Source of the DNA: Ostrea edulis
Taxonomy: Eukaryota
Direction of reading: 5' to 3'
DNA: 64,000 bases
Assembly (NCBI RefSeq): GCF_947568905.1
Contig: NC_079166.1
Span: 26,784,001-26,848,000 of the forward strand
The notes under the pieces were generated by a model, which was given only the letters and a program-made list of their open reading frames with translations, was not told the DNA's origin and made no database searches. Position numbers and translations under genes: made by a program. Shown here piece after piece: positions 36,233 to 46,933 of this stretch (its first letter is position 1; each line of letters opens with the position of its first letter).

Positions 36233-39133
36233 ATGTTATCAGAAATATTGGCTCTCTTTGTTGTCATTGTTGCCATTCGGAGGTGCACAGGTATGTCATT
36301 TTAAACACAATCTTTAGTTGATTCATTTATAAACTAATCCAGAAATAATTCTCTGTGTACTTTGAAATTTCATTCGCTATTGTCTAATGAGTTCTCGTGT
36401 ATGTGGACTAATTTGCGTGGATCAAGATTTGAAATTCCCACGGTTTTATAATAATTCTTTTTGGTCAATATCCTGATGATGTAGTAACCCAGCTAGTCAA
36501 GTTTAAACAAAACAAAAAAGAAGATATATGTCAAGTTCTGCATTTGATAATGGGAATCGAGTTATCTAGCGGAGGAGACAGAAACGTTTATATTTTAACT
36601 GTTCATACACTGGTTTACGTTCTTTTAATACTGGTACATGTATGCAGGTGCATGGTTATGATAGTAATTCTAATTTACTGTACGTGTTGAAATGAATAGA
36701 ATTTTGAATAAAACTCTGGATCGGAGCAATATTTGTTTTCTTGACAAATGTGTCCAGGGCCTAATTAAGTATGTTAGGGTCTTAATGTCTTTTTCAATCT
36801 AAAATTTAATTTTTTCGTCATGTGGTCATCATTTTTTGAAAACTGAAAATATAAATGAAGAAACTAGTTACATATTTCTAACTGAATAATTGGTTTCAGG
36901 AGAATCCGCCTTTGTTTGTACGGAGAAGGGATCGGGGAAGCAGACGATTGAACTCCATTGCCCTTTTGGAACTGAGATACAGATCAAGGAGTCCGTGTAC
37001 GGGCGGAACAAGTGGCGACAGTGTCTTTACACCGTTGGAGATTGCACGGAACCGGCGGATATTTCGGAGGAGTGCTGCGGACGCAGAAACTGCAACGTCA
37101 CCGTCTGGCGGATTTATTCCATCCAATGCGAATATGTCACGTTTTTCCGTGTAATTTACGAATGTGTGGAAAGTAAGCTATTTCCTTACAAAGATGTAAC
37201 TAAATAGTTAATGTAACATGTAACATGGTGATGTTTTTTAGCCTATATTTAAGAAATAAAATCCCTGAGGTATAAACTGCGACGCTTCACACCGATTCCG
37301 TGACGCTATATATGCATGTGCTTCGTGAAAAGTAGGCTGACATGGATTGTTGTAGTTCAGTAGTTCACACCCTCATGTTTGTTCAAAATGAAGTTTATTT
37401 TATATATATTTACATTAATTACTTTAATTTCTGTCGAATTCCCCAGCCGTTAAAATAGACGGATTATATTCATCTGTAATTTTGTATTCATAAGCGCATT
37501 GTTTACAACTACTTCGCCTCCATGAGGAAACAGTAAAGATATCGAAGGGGAAAAAAACATCAGAAATGTAAATATTGTGAAATGGTTGTAATAATTTTGT
37601 CTGTTGTTTCAGAGGGGGATGCAGAATGCGAGCATGATGAAGACCCAGAAACACACGAACCGGATATCATAGATATTACATCACACGCCAGATTTCCACT
37701 GACGTCAGCTAACCTTTACCCCCTAAATCCAGCCGTACAGAATCAAGTTACTCCTAACAACCATTTCACAGATTTCATGTATCACGGTTCAATCACTGAC
37801 CCAGCGATGCCAAATTCATTACCAGAGGAGGCAGTAAATGATGGTAAAGTGTGTGTGTGTGTGTGGGGGGGGTTAATCTATATATCAGTAACTTCAGAAA
37901 ATGTTGACTGAATCAAGTCCCCCTTTTTGTATTTTCGCCCGGAAAATTGATGTTAGGAATCATAATATACATGTTTGTTTTCTTTTTATTGGTATTCTAG
38001 AACCATTTTACACCCCTGTGTTCAGTAGATTTAATTTCGTAAGAAAAAAAATCACCATCCAGTGGTTGAGTGTCTCTGGTTCCTTTAAGAAATGAATTTC
38101 AATTTTGAAAAAAAAAAAACAACATGAGGGTATGAATTGCATAGCTTCACACCGGCATGCTTCGTGAATCGTGTTAGAGATTCATATAAAGTACATGCCT
38201 ACATGAACCGCTGTACATAGTTCATACCATCACGTATTTTCAAAAATGAAATTTTATTGTTATATTTTCATTCTGCTTTCATTTCTATTGGATTATTGAA
38301 TTATCAGCCGTTGAAATAGACGCACTATATTCATCTAGATTTATACTCGCATTGTGCACAACTGCAGCGCATTCATGAGGAAATGGTTATCATTATAATT
38401 CATATAAATGTAAATATTTTTATTTAAACACTGACGATGCTTGTACAGTTACCCGTTACATTTATTTTACGCATGGTATTTCTCATGTGATCTCTCTTTT
38501 TTGCACGTGTTTTTATTCCTACACTTTTGTAGATCTGACGTTGATCGTACTGTCCGCTGTCTCCATTGCTGTCTTGCTGGTCTGTATCATCGTCGTCGTT
38601 TTCGTCCTTAGAAAGTTTAAATGGTAAGAAAGCAATGATGGAATACTTTTTTCAGTTTAGTAAAAAAAATATTAATACTCAGGCTTTGCTATATAAATAA
38701 ATTCTTTTACAGGCAAGGAGAAAAAGCATGTATTTTAAGTCTATTTGTTGGTTGGTGCAAACGACATCCTCCAGACGGATGCGAAAATCCAGATGCTGAA
38801 CGACCTTCAATGTCACGTGATGTTAGATTTTCCACGAACGGAAATGACGTAAATCGACAAAATTTTGAAAATTTAAATAAAGATAAAGTGGCGTCATCAT
38901 TGACTAGAGTGGTACCACGTGACGTTAATCACAATAATGAATGTGATGGTGGCCAGGGAGATTCCTCGGACACGAGTTCTGACAATCATTATGTTGTCTT
39001 TGAGAACATCAAGGGAGAACCAACGGGAAACCCTGTTCTTCCGCCTCCAATCGCCGGACGTGTTGTTCTGGACCAGAAAGCATACAACAGTACCCCTGTG
39101 GTCTCCGAGGGGCCGGGTACCACTGCTGTGTGA
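36233..39133 (+). CDS. Uncharacterised type I membrane protein: signal peptide, SUEL/Gal_Lectin-like domain, stalk, TM helix and cytoplasmic tail, 357 aa. Exons 36233-36290, 36900-37172, 37613-37843, 38533-38623, 38713-39133
   Basis: 1074 nt in frame, GT-AG junctions. Signal MLSEILALFVVIVAIRRCTG. Exon 2 C..LHCPFGTEIQIKESVYGR...C...C...CCGRRNC...C...YEC has the SUEL cysteine spacing and the YGR motif. Exon 4 encodes the hydrophobic segment LIVLSAVSIAVLLVCIIVVVFVL followed by RKFK. Confidence 0.85.
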
Positions 39134-40054
39134 AAATGTACATAAAGCATATACCCATCTTAATATCTACCTCTGGTCTCGGAGTTACCTGTACATACCG
39201 GACAATCGTTTCAATTTGTGTCATTATACCGGCTACATAACCCACCATACTGCCATCATCTTTACTATATATGCACGGTGCCCCTGTCCTTCAATCTCTC
39301 TGCGTATGGGTATAATATATATTGCTCTATGCAGACAAACTTTACACTTACTGACATGAGCAGTAAGTTTTTAGGGGGGAAAGTATTTCAGTACTACTAT
39401 ATCAGAAGAGGACGTTACGATGGAAACGATAAGCATAATAGAGGACTATACTCTGTGAAATCCTGATTGATTATTGATTGGCGGGGACTCGGTCATGTAG
39501 AACCTTCAAACTTACTGCACCGCTGCCGTGTGAACGATTGTGTCATATCCTGTATATATATATATGAAAGGAAGACTGATGATGATTAGAGCGATTGATT
39601 TCTAATGAGGTGTGAAATGGGGATGGATGATCTTACAGAATGTGAATGATGTCGATGTTTAAAGGTTTGTTCGCTAGTCCGAACTTTCTTACGATGACTG
39701 CAGTCGTTTAGAATCTCTGTGAGCCAGTGATTAAATTAATTTAATTAACCACTACACACATGCTGAAATGTATTTCGGTGTAACCGATATGATTCTGATT
39801 GTATGTCAACCTTCAGCTATGTTTTTTGAAAAGGAAAGTGATTATATATATTCGGATGTTGCTAACAAACCTTTTATTTCATCACCATATTGTTGTTTAA
39901 TTGACAAGCTCTAATTATAGAGATGTCACAATTGTGTCTTTCTACAAATGATTTGTACATACTTTAGGTATAGATTGCATTAAATATGAATAAAAATGTG
40001 GCTGACTTAATTGCTTTTATCAGCTAATGCCATTGGCAAACTTTAATCATCTTC

Positions 40055-40290
40055 CGACCTGTCGCGGTAACTCGGTGCTTATTAAAGCGTCCGCTCGTGG
40101 GTTCAAATTCCGCTAAGCGCCGTGGTTACGTCAAACGTTAGGCGTAGAAATGCGACGACAACAAAACCTCTACAAGTACTCTATTTCACGCTTACATTAG
40201 ATCTACTTTCTGTTTGTAGCAACTCTGTTTCTTTTATGTCTGTACAACGTTACATAATGGTGATGGGATTCAATAAATGAATGAATGAAA
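40055..40290 (+). mobile_element. Degenerate tRNA-derived SINE with a (TGAA)n tail
   Basis: GCGGTAACTCGGT A-box-like and GGTTCAAATTCC B-box-like motifs. Ends AATAAATGAATGAATGAA. Confidence 0.45.
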
Positions 40291-41165
40291 ATGCAAAACG
40301 CTAGATATTTACTGTTCTTTCAGATAAGACAGATTTTTGTTTTTTGGTGTTCTTTCCCTGAAACATGTGGGTAGGGGGTATAGATGTACATCAAAGTCAT
40401 ATTATGACAAACTAATGAAAAATCATATTTCCCTTTTGTCATTATTTATATTTCATATTGGTGTATAGTTTATAAATTACGACCCTAAATTACTTGTAAG
40501 CCATACATACTGATGCTGGTTCACAAAACATGCTCTGAGCAGGTACCCCTTTACTGCCGAGGACATTTAGACGTTGTCTGTCCATCTTAAAAATCTACCT
40601 ATCATATGGGCTATGTACCTTCCCTCTCAGCTACAGACCTATTGCTGGTCCATGTAAGTTTTTATTTGAATTTTCCGCAATTGACCACGTTGCTTAGATT
40701 CGTATTTGCACCCATCTATATACTAGGAATTATGATGATACCTAAGTTCAATTTTGTTTTCATTAAACACATAACATACATCCCAAGATATATTTGCCAC
40801 TGTAGCTATACCTAGCACATTCAAGCCAAAATAACTTGTTTTGTCAAATTATTTATTCAACTACTATCTGAAACACACTGTCATTCCGGGGAAAACTTTG
40901 TTTAAAATCGTAAATTCATAATACTTGTTTAATAATGAATAATAAATATTTATATTTAAAACCTTTTATTCAGAACATTCAGTGTGTGAAGATCTCATTA
41001 AAGGCACATCTCCATCTCCACGGACCAGTATATCAATGCAACAAAATTCTCATAAAATATTAACAATAACGGTGGGTCTTTACAAACTCCACAAATACCA
41101 CAATCTTTCTCCAGAGGACGTATCATGCTTAACTCCTAGTAGGGCACCTGCACTCGTTTAATTAA

Positions 41166-41484
41166 GGAGGCACTCTACATCGCCATAATTGTTGACTTCT
41201 TTTAAAAACATGGAGGAAAAAATTAATATCAGCAATATATGACTTTTCCTTTTCAATTTGAATACCTAGGCGAGTAGCTCAGTAGGTTAGCATACCGATT
41301 GGTGAACTGTAGGTCGCAGGTTCGAGTCCAGCAGGGGTCTAAAAAAAAAATTCAGTCCATCTTCTACTAAAGCTGTATTTTTTGACAAGATAAAGTAAAT
41401 TTGAAAATTTTCAACTTCAAACTATTGTTGTACATATCCTCCACTTTTCATCCATATCAAATTTCTCTGGTGTAGCATACCTCC
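41166..41484. mobile_element. Kolobok-like non-autonomous element (TTAA TSD), 319 bp, carrying an internal tRNA-like sequence at about 41268-41340
   Basis: TTAA|GGAGGCACTCTACA ... TGTAGCATACCTCC|TTAA. Internal TAGCTCAGTAGG (A box) and GGTTCGAGTCC (B box). A diverged partial copy of the right end lies at 57674-57800. Confidence 0.8.
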
Positions 41485-41961
41485 TTAAGGCCTCCTCATC
41501 CTCCCGCGTGAAACGGAAGACTTAGAATTTCATTATGGCGTCGATCAGGAAGGAGTAAATTGATTTCTTATCATGAGAAATAAACTTAAATAAAATCAAA
41601 ATATCATATGTCTAGTGAATTTTTGCAGTCTCAATTCTCATAGCCAATCACTGATAAAGTATTGTTTATCTCTGAAAATGGAAGAACCATAAACAATTTT
41701 AAATCAAGCTTTTGAAAGTTGGAGGGTTTTTTTAGTGTACTTTTAAAATATCTTCAGATTTTCTATTCAAATTTATATAATTTGATTTTACATAGGTTGC
41801 TGATCTTGCAGCATGCGTTATAATGACAAAGTAATTTCTTTGCCTTGAAATTCTAAAATTTATTGTTTGAATAGACTAACATTGATTAAAAGTCGCTACT
41901 GCAGTAACTGCACAATATTCTAATCTTGGACCATCTCCATTGAGTTGAGACTTCCGACATT

Positions 41962-42139
41962 AAAAACCGAAGCCCCGTGTCACAGCAGGTGTGACACGAT
42001 AAAGATCCCTCCCTGCTCAAAGGCCATAAGCGCCGAGCATAGGCCTAAATTTTGCAGCCCTTCACCGGCAGTGGTGACGTCTCCATATGAGTGAAAAAAT
42101 TCTCGAGAGGGACGTTAAGCAATATTCAACCAACCAACC
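41962..42139 (+). mobile_element. 5'-truncated Deu/Nin-like SINE
   Basis: AAAACCGAAGCCCCGTGTCACAGCAGGTGTG...GGGACGTTAAGCAATATT(CAAC)n. Confidence 0.88.
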
Positions 42140-43678
42140 GACATTTGTCAAAACGCCAAAGGTTAAGTTTACAAACTTTGCTATATATAATGTAACAGAT
42201 TTGTTGACGCACTATAAAGTCGCTAGATATTTTTCTCTTCATAATTGCTACGGAGATAACTAGCTGCCAGTTGATTTCTAAATCAAAACGTTATACTATT
42301 AGACTAAGGCGAGATTCATTGAATGTTGTGGATACAAAATAGAGAGAATGGGTCTTTGATTTTTTGGTCAGCCTTATAATACTTGCTGTCTGCTTCAAAG
42401 GTCAAAAGATCAATCAATGTGCCAGCATTCGCAGGGAATTGACAGTCTGAAACGGTTTCTCTGTAATAGATGATAAATACAGGAAACCGTCAGAGAAACT
42501 GTTTCGTCTCCAGTCGTTCATTCAGCATCAAACAATCAGAAGAAGGACACGCTTTATCTCTATGTCTGAGCGGAAGACGAAATGTAAATTAGGCGTGAAA
42601 TGAGGATAGAAGACTCCACAACATGTGAATGAACATTCCTACACTGATTTCGATGATTAATTTTGTGTTTAATAGTTAATTCCAGTCTCCACAGCGTATA
42701 GGGTGTGCTGGGAGTGTTAGAGAATCGTTTTATTTTATCCCCATGTTGTTTTTTCAAATGGCTGGTAATCAGGAGTCTAACAGCCCACAGAAGACCTGTC
42801 ACCCTTAAACGAAGAGTTGTATCTCGTGTCTTACTCTACAAACGAATTGTAAATTTAAATTTATGTATGTAGAATATATACAAATATAGATAGATTGATT
42901 GATAGACAGATAGGTAGGTAGATAGATAAAATATAGATAGATAGAGACAAACAGAAAGATAGACATTTGACCATAATTATGTATAATTGAATATGATAAA
43001 ATACTGAATATGTGTATAGACAAACTAGATACGTATTACACGTGTTTTAGAATTCATTTGATTTACATTAGCTGACGAGTATACATGTACAATGTATACA
43101 TACACGCTGCTTCATTTCATATTATATCTCGATACATACATTATCATCTATATAAAGATTATATTGTCCAGAAATTCGTTAAATATTCCTAGTCTCACTC
43201 ATTCCTTATTTTAAAGGTAATATCATTGCAGAACTGACATGAAATAGTCTTGATGCATGTGAATACTTCTCGTCTCGTGAGAGTTCAGTCACGTGTTTAG
43301 GGTGGCCACACCACCCGTCATCTGATACCATGTGTTTATTTCACGCGGTTCAGCGATGCAATTATAACGTATTTACATTAAATGCTAGGATCGTACCTGG
43401 TCAATTCCAGACTTTTGGGGGTATTCAACAATAACTAATTTAAACTAATTGGTATGATTTTAGTGGACTGCCAAAATATACAAATATGTCCTAACCTTAT
43501 CTAGGTTAATTATAATCAAACAGATAATCATTATATCAATGAGTCAAGCAACGATAAACTGGTAATGCTAACTTAACAAAATGTAGAGCCCAGTCGCCCT
43601 CGGATTACCCCATATACTGTAGGACGCCTTATTCAGGACGGACAGTATATGTGGTAGCCTTTCAATCACTACACTCAC

Positions 43679-43970
43679 TGTAGGATGCCTTAATCAGGAC
43701 GGACAATGAGTATAGCGGCCTGGACGACGGTCTGTTCAGCCAATGCGGACGACACCAAAATCAAACTATGGCTAGCCTCTTTACTGGAGGTCAACCTCTT
43801 CGTGGCAGGCCAGACTTCTGATGGCCTTCCAAATTCACTCTCTAACTGTAAGAACAGACAAGGAATTGTACTTTATTTAATTTACAAACTTAAAGTTTTC
43901 TTATTCCTTCCTCTGCTGAACGCTAGCAACAATGACACAGACGACTGCGGAGTCTCAGTATTATACCACA
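43679..43970 (-). mobile_element. Possible LTR remnant (TG...CA, AATAAA) next to the Gypsy gag fragment
   Basis: The minus strand starts TGTGGTATAA and ends GGCATCCTACA, with AATAAA at 43872-43877. A partial duplicate of the end lies at 43616-43644. No PPT, PBS or TSD found. Confidence 0.3.
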
Positions 43971-44237
43971 AATGAGATCACGTGATGTAAACAGTGACTA
44001 ATTGAGAACTCCGCATGGTCGTACCTCAAATATCCGGAATCATTACACTACCCATGCCTCCGATGACGTGCGTCCCACATGTACAACTTGGAAACTAAAC
44101 AATTCTTCTATTTTAGACAAAGGTTTAATAAACGACAGAACGAACAATTTCAAAGCTATTTACAAAGCATTCCTTTCTCTCTTTTTTTAAACAACTATAT
44201 ATTCAACTATGTACCGTTAAGCACAACCACTGAAAAG

Positions 44238-44490
44238 TCAGGAGAATTCTGTTATCTCTATTCTTATCTTCACAGATTGCATCTCCTTTTTGATATCCTG
44301 GACTGCTTCCAGGAGGGAAGCAATAGTATCTCCTTGGTCCTCCTTTTCCTCTGGTTTCACCTCCCTCTGATAACCTTTGCTCTCAGTAAAACGTCGGTCA
44401 GCTGCATTGAATGTATCGAATTCAATGGCATGCCTAATTGCATCATTCAAGTCAACTGGCCGGGCTTGTTTAATGCGCAATCGCATCAGA
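44238..44490 (-). pseudogene. Gypsy-type LTR retrotransposon gag fragment
   Basis: MRLRIKQARPVDLNDAIRHAIEFDTFNAAD followed by a coiled segment resembles the gag C-terminal region of invertebrate Gypsy elements (recalled motif). The upstream part of the listed ORF is not gag-like. Confidence 0.55.
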
Positions 44491-45180
44491 ACCCATATAT
44501 ACTGTTTGTATGTATAGTCTCGCCAATCATTTAGGAAATGTTCTTGATATCTAGTTTCTTTCGATGGCTTCTTAGATAACTTGAAACAGAGTTTGATTCC
44601 ACGTGGAATACCTTTGACGAGAAGATAGGCGAAGATTTCTCCGAAAGTCGATATCATAAACAATAACTCGCTTTTAGTGAACCACTTTATGAAAATTTTA
44701 ATGAAGCAGTATATATATAATTTAGATTAACATCTTTGAGGTACGGATTATATAATTCTTTTACATTATATTTTTTCCCCTTCAAAACTTCTTGCGGTAC
44801 AATTCTTCTAACCCGTATCAGCAAATTAAAAATAGCATAGACTATCACGCCTCAGATAAAATTGTTGAAATCTAATTGGTCAGATCTTGGTCACATGACG
44901 CCGTGAAGAAGAAAAAGGTATAAAGCGAGAAAAATCCGTATTGAGCGAGTAATTTATTGTCGGGTTGTGACAAAATTGGCGAAGCGATAAGTTGTATGAT
45001 ACAGACCCCCACATATACAGTTAGAGGTTTCCAACGTGATAAATTTGTTATAATACAGTTAGTTAGTGACCTGATACGGAAAAAGAAAAGAAAACTCGTA
45101 TCGGGCGAGGCTTCTTCCAGATACCGCGGGTTTTCTTTTCACACCATGTCACTAATTAAATGTGTAACTAACAGTGTCAA

Positions 45181-45276
45181 TGTACATGCAATCTGACTAA
45201 AGCACAGACCTATATTACATGTGTATATATATAGGTATTTAATATAGGTCTGTACTTTAGTCAGATTGAATGTACA
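45181..45276. repeat. 96-bp hairpin (37-bp arms, 2 mismatches, 22-nt loop)
   Basis: TGTACATGCAATCTGACTAAAGCACAGACCTATATTA / TAATATAGGTCTGTACTTTAGTCAGATTGAATGTACA. Confidence 0.9.
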
Positions 45277-45678
45277 CATAATGCAGTACACGACATTTTC
45301 AAAATAAAAAATATATACAAAATATGTTAAAATGGAAAATTTCCTAGTGTTTTATTCAGAATGATATTGTAACGTGCACAGAATTCTATCACACCTACAG
45401 TAGCTATACACAACACAACACCCACTCAAGCCCTCAGCTATTTAAACACCAGACTCACAAGTTACATCAATTACCTGAGCGTTAGTTAAAAGTATCATTA
45501 GCCCTGAGGGCTACAAAATCTATAATACGTTTGTAAGCTAAATTCTAATATTCAGCAGCAGCACACCGGTATAAACATACCTGTGATAATATTTCAATCA
45601 CAATTGTGTAAAATGCCTTTACAATGGCGTGATTTTAGTGTGAAATCTGTAAAGTTTGCAAAATGTGGTACAAAATCT

Positions 45679-45795
45679 CGATCTAATTAAAATTAGATCC
45701 TATGATCCGTTCATCTACTATTGCTCCACATAGGATCATCCTATGTGTAGCGATAGTAGATGAGCGAATCATAGGATCTAACTTTGATTAGATTG
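45679..45795. mobile_element. 117-bp fully palindromic MITE with a 10-bp TSD (MULE-like)
   Basis: 55-bp arms 45681-45735 and 45739-45793 around a 3-nt loop. TACAAAATCT flanks both sides (45669-45678 and 45796-45805). Confidence 0.85.
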
Positions 45796-45931
45796 TACAA
45801 AATCTGTACAGAATATCGATCATAAAATGCTTTTATACGTCTATATAAGTATAGGCCTAATGCTGAGAGGTATATTCACATATTCCATGATTTGAACCTT
45901 TAAATATAGCATAATTTCTAACCATACATGG

Positions 45932-46203
45932 TCCTGTGGGGATCCGGGTTAGAATAGGTCCTCAGTACCCCTTGCTTGTTGTATGCAGGCGACTAAATGG
46001 GGTGGTCCTTCCGATGATACCACCAAAACGAGACCTCATGTCACGTGGTACGATAAAGATCCCTCCCTGCTCAAAGGCCATAAGTGCCGAGCATAGGCCT
46101 AAATTTTGCAGCCCTTCACTGGCAGTTGTGACGTCTCCATATGAGTGAAAAAATTCTTGAGTTTGGGACGTTAAACAATATACAACCAACAAACCTACCA
46201 ACC
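45932..46203 (+). mobile_element. Headless Deu/Nin-like SINE, near full length
   Basis: Starts GTCCTGTGGGGATCCGGGTTAGAATAGGTCC, ends AAACAATATA(CAAC)n. Confidence 0.9.
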
Positions 46204-46469
46204 TAATCATACATGTACATAGACAGGTAAATTGCATTTGCCAGTAGTAAAGAGTTAAAGAAAATTCAGGTGATCACATTTAATGACGCAACCAACGTAG
46301 AATTAAAGTGATCATGGATTTTTCATCAATTATTCCAACTTAGCATTTGAAAGATAATATTTCAAAAACGTTTTCAAAGTCATAAAAAGATGTTTTCTTA
46401 GAAATTGACCTTTTCATCATTGTAATTATAAGATTTCTATACAGACTACTGTACAGTGCCAAAATATTT

Positions 46470-46685
46470 TGCCACACCACTAAGGTCCCTGGGTACAGGA
46501 GTCCTGAAAATTACAATTTATGTCCCCCTTGTCCCAAAGATGCTTCATACCAAATTTGAAAAGTATTGGAATGGTAGTTATCAAAAAGAAGTTTAAAATG
46601 TCGTTATTAATGGACTACACACGTCAACAGATGGAAGCAGATCAATAGCAATAGGTCTTTTGACTGAACTCAGGTGACCAAAAAA
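46470..46685 (+). mobile_element. 3' part of an oyster-type Helitron/Helentron non-autonomous element
   Basis: ...GATGCTTCATACCAAATTTGAAAAG...CAATAGGTCTTTTGACTGAACTCAGGTGACCAAAAAA. The terminus resembles the recalled CAATAGGTCACCTGAGTGACTCAGGTGACCTAAAAA stem-loop end. Confidence 0.6.
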
Positions 46686-46886
46686 GTAGCACCTTCAAAC
46701 ACACGTGTAAAAATTCTAATAAAGGCTAACAAGCACATAACACCAAAACTAAAATGGCTACATTGGCGATTTGTCCATCATACATTGTATGGCATGAAAT
46801 ATTGAACCAACAAGAAAATATCTCAAATGACTTTTACAAAACAAAGCAAAAAAACAAAAAGAACACAAATATTGATATGAACGCAT

Positions 46887-46887
<1 letters not shown>

Positions 46888-46928
<41 letters not shown>
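46888..46928. repeat. (CT)n microsatellite just after the FRRS1 stop codon; other simple runs include (GA)n about 29220-29260, (CT)n about 33390-33422, poly(G) about 22882-22907 and poly(A) about 11697-11721 and 49322-49357
   Basis: Read directly from the sequence. Confidence 0.95.
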
Positions 46929-46929
<1 letters not shown>

Positions 46930-46933
46930 GATG

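Noticed and set aside
43072-43105. Hammerhead ribozyme (CTGACGA followed by stem GTATACAT/ATGTATAC)
   Set aside because: The stem is followed by ATAC rather than GAAA, and I found no stems I/III or NUH site.
44079-44534. 151-aa plus-strand ORF
   Set aside because: Antisense to the Gypsy gag fragment, with no independent support.
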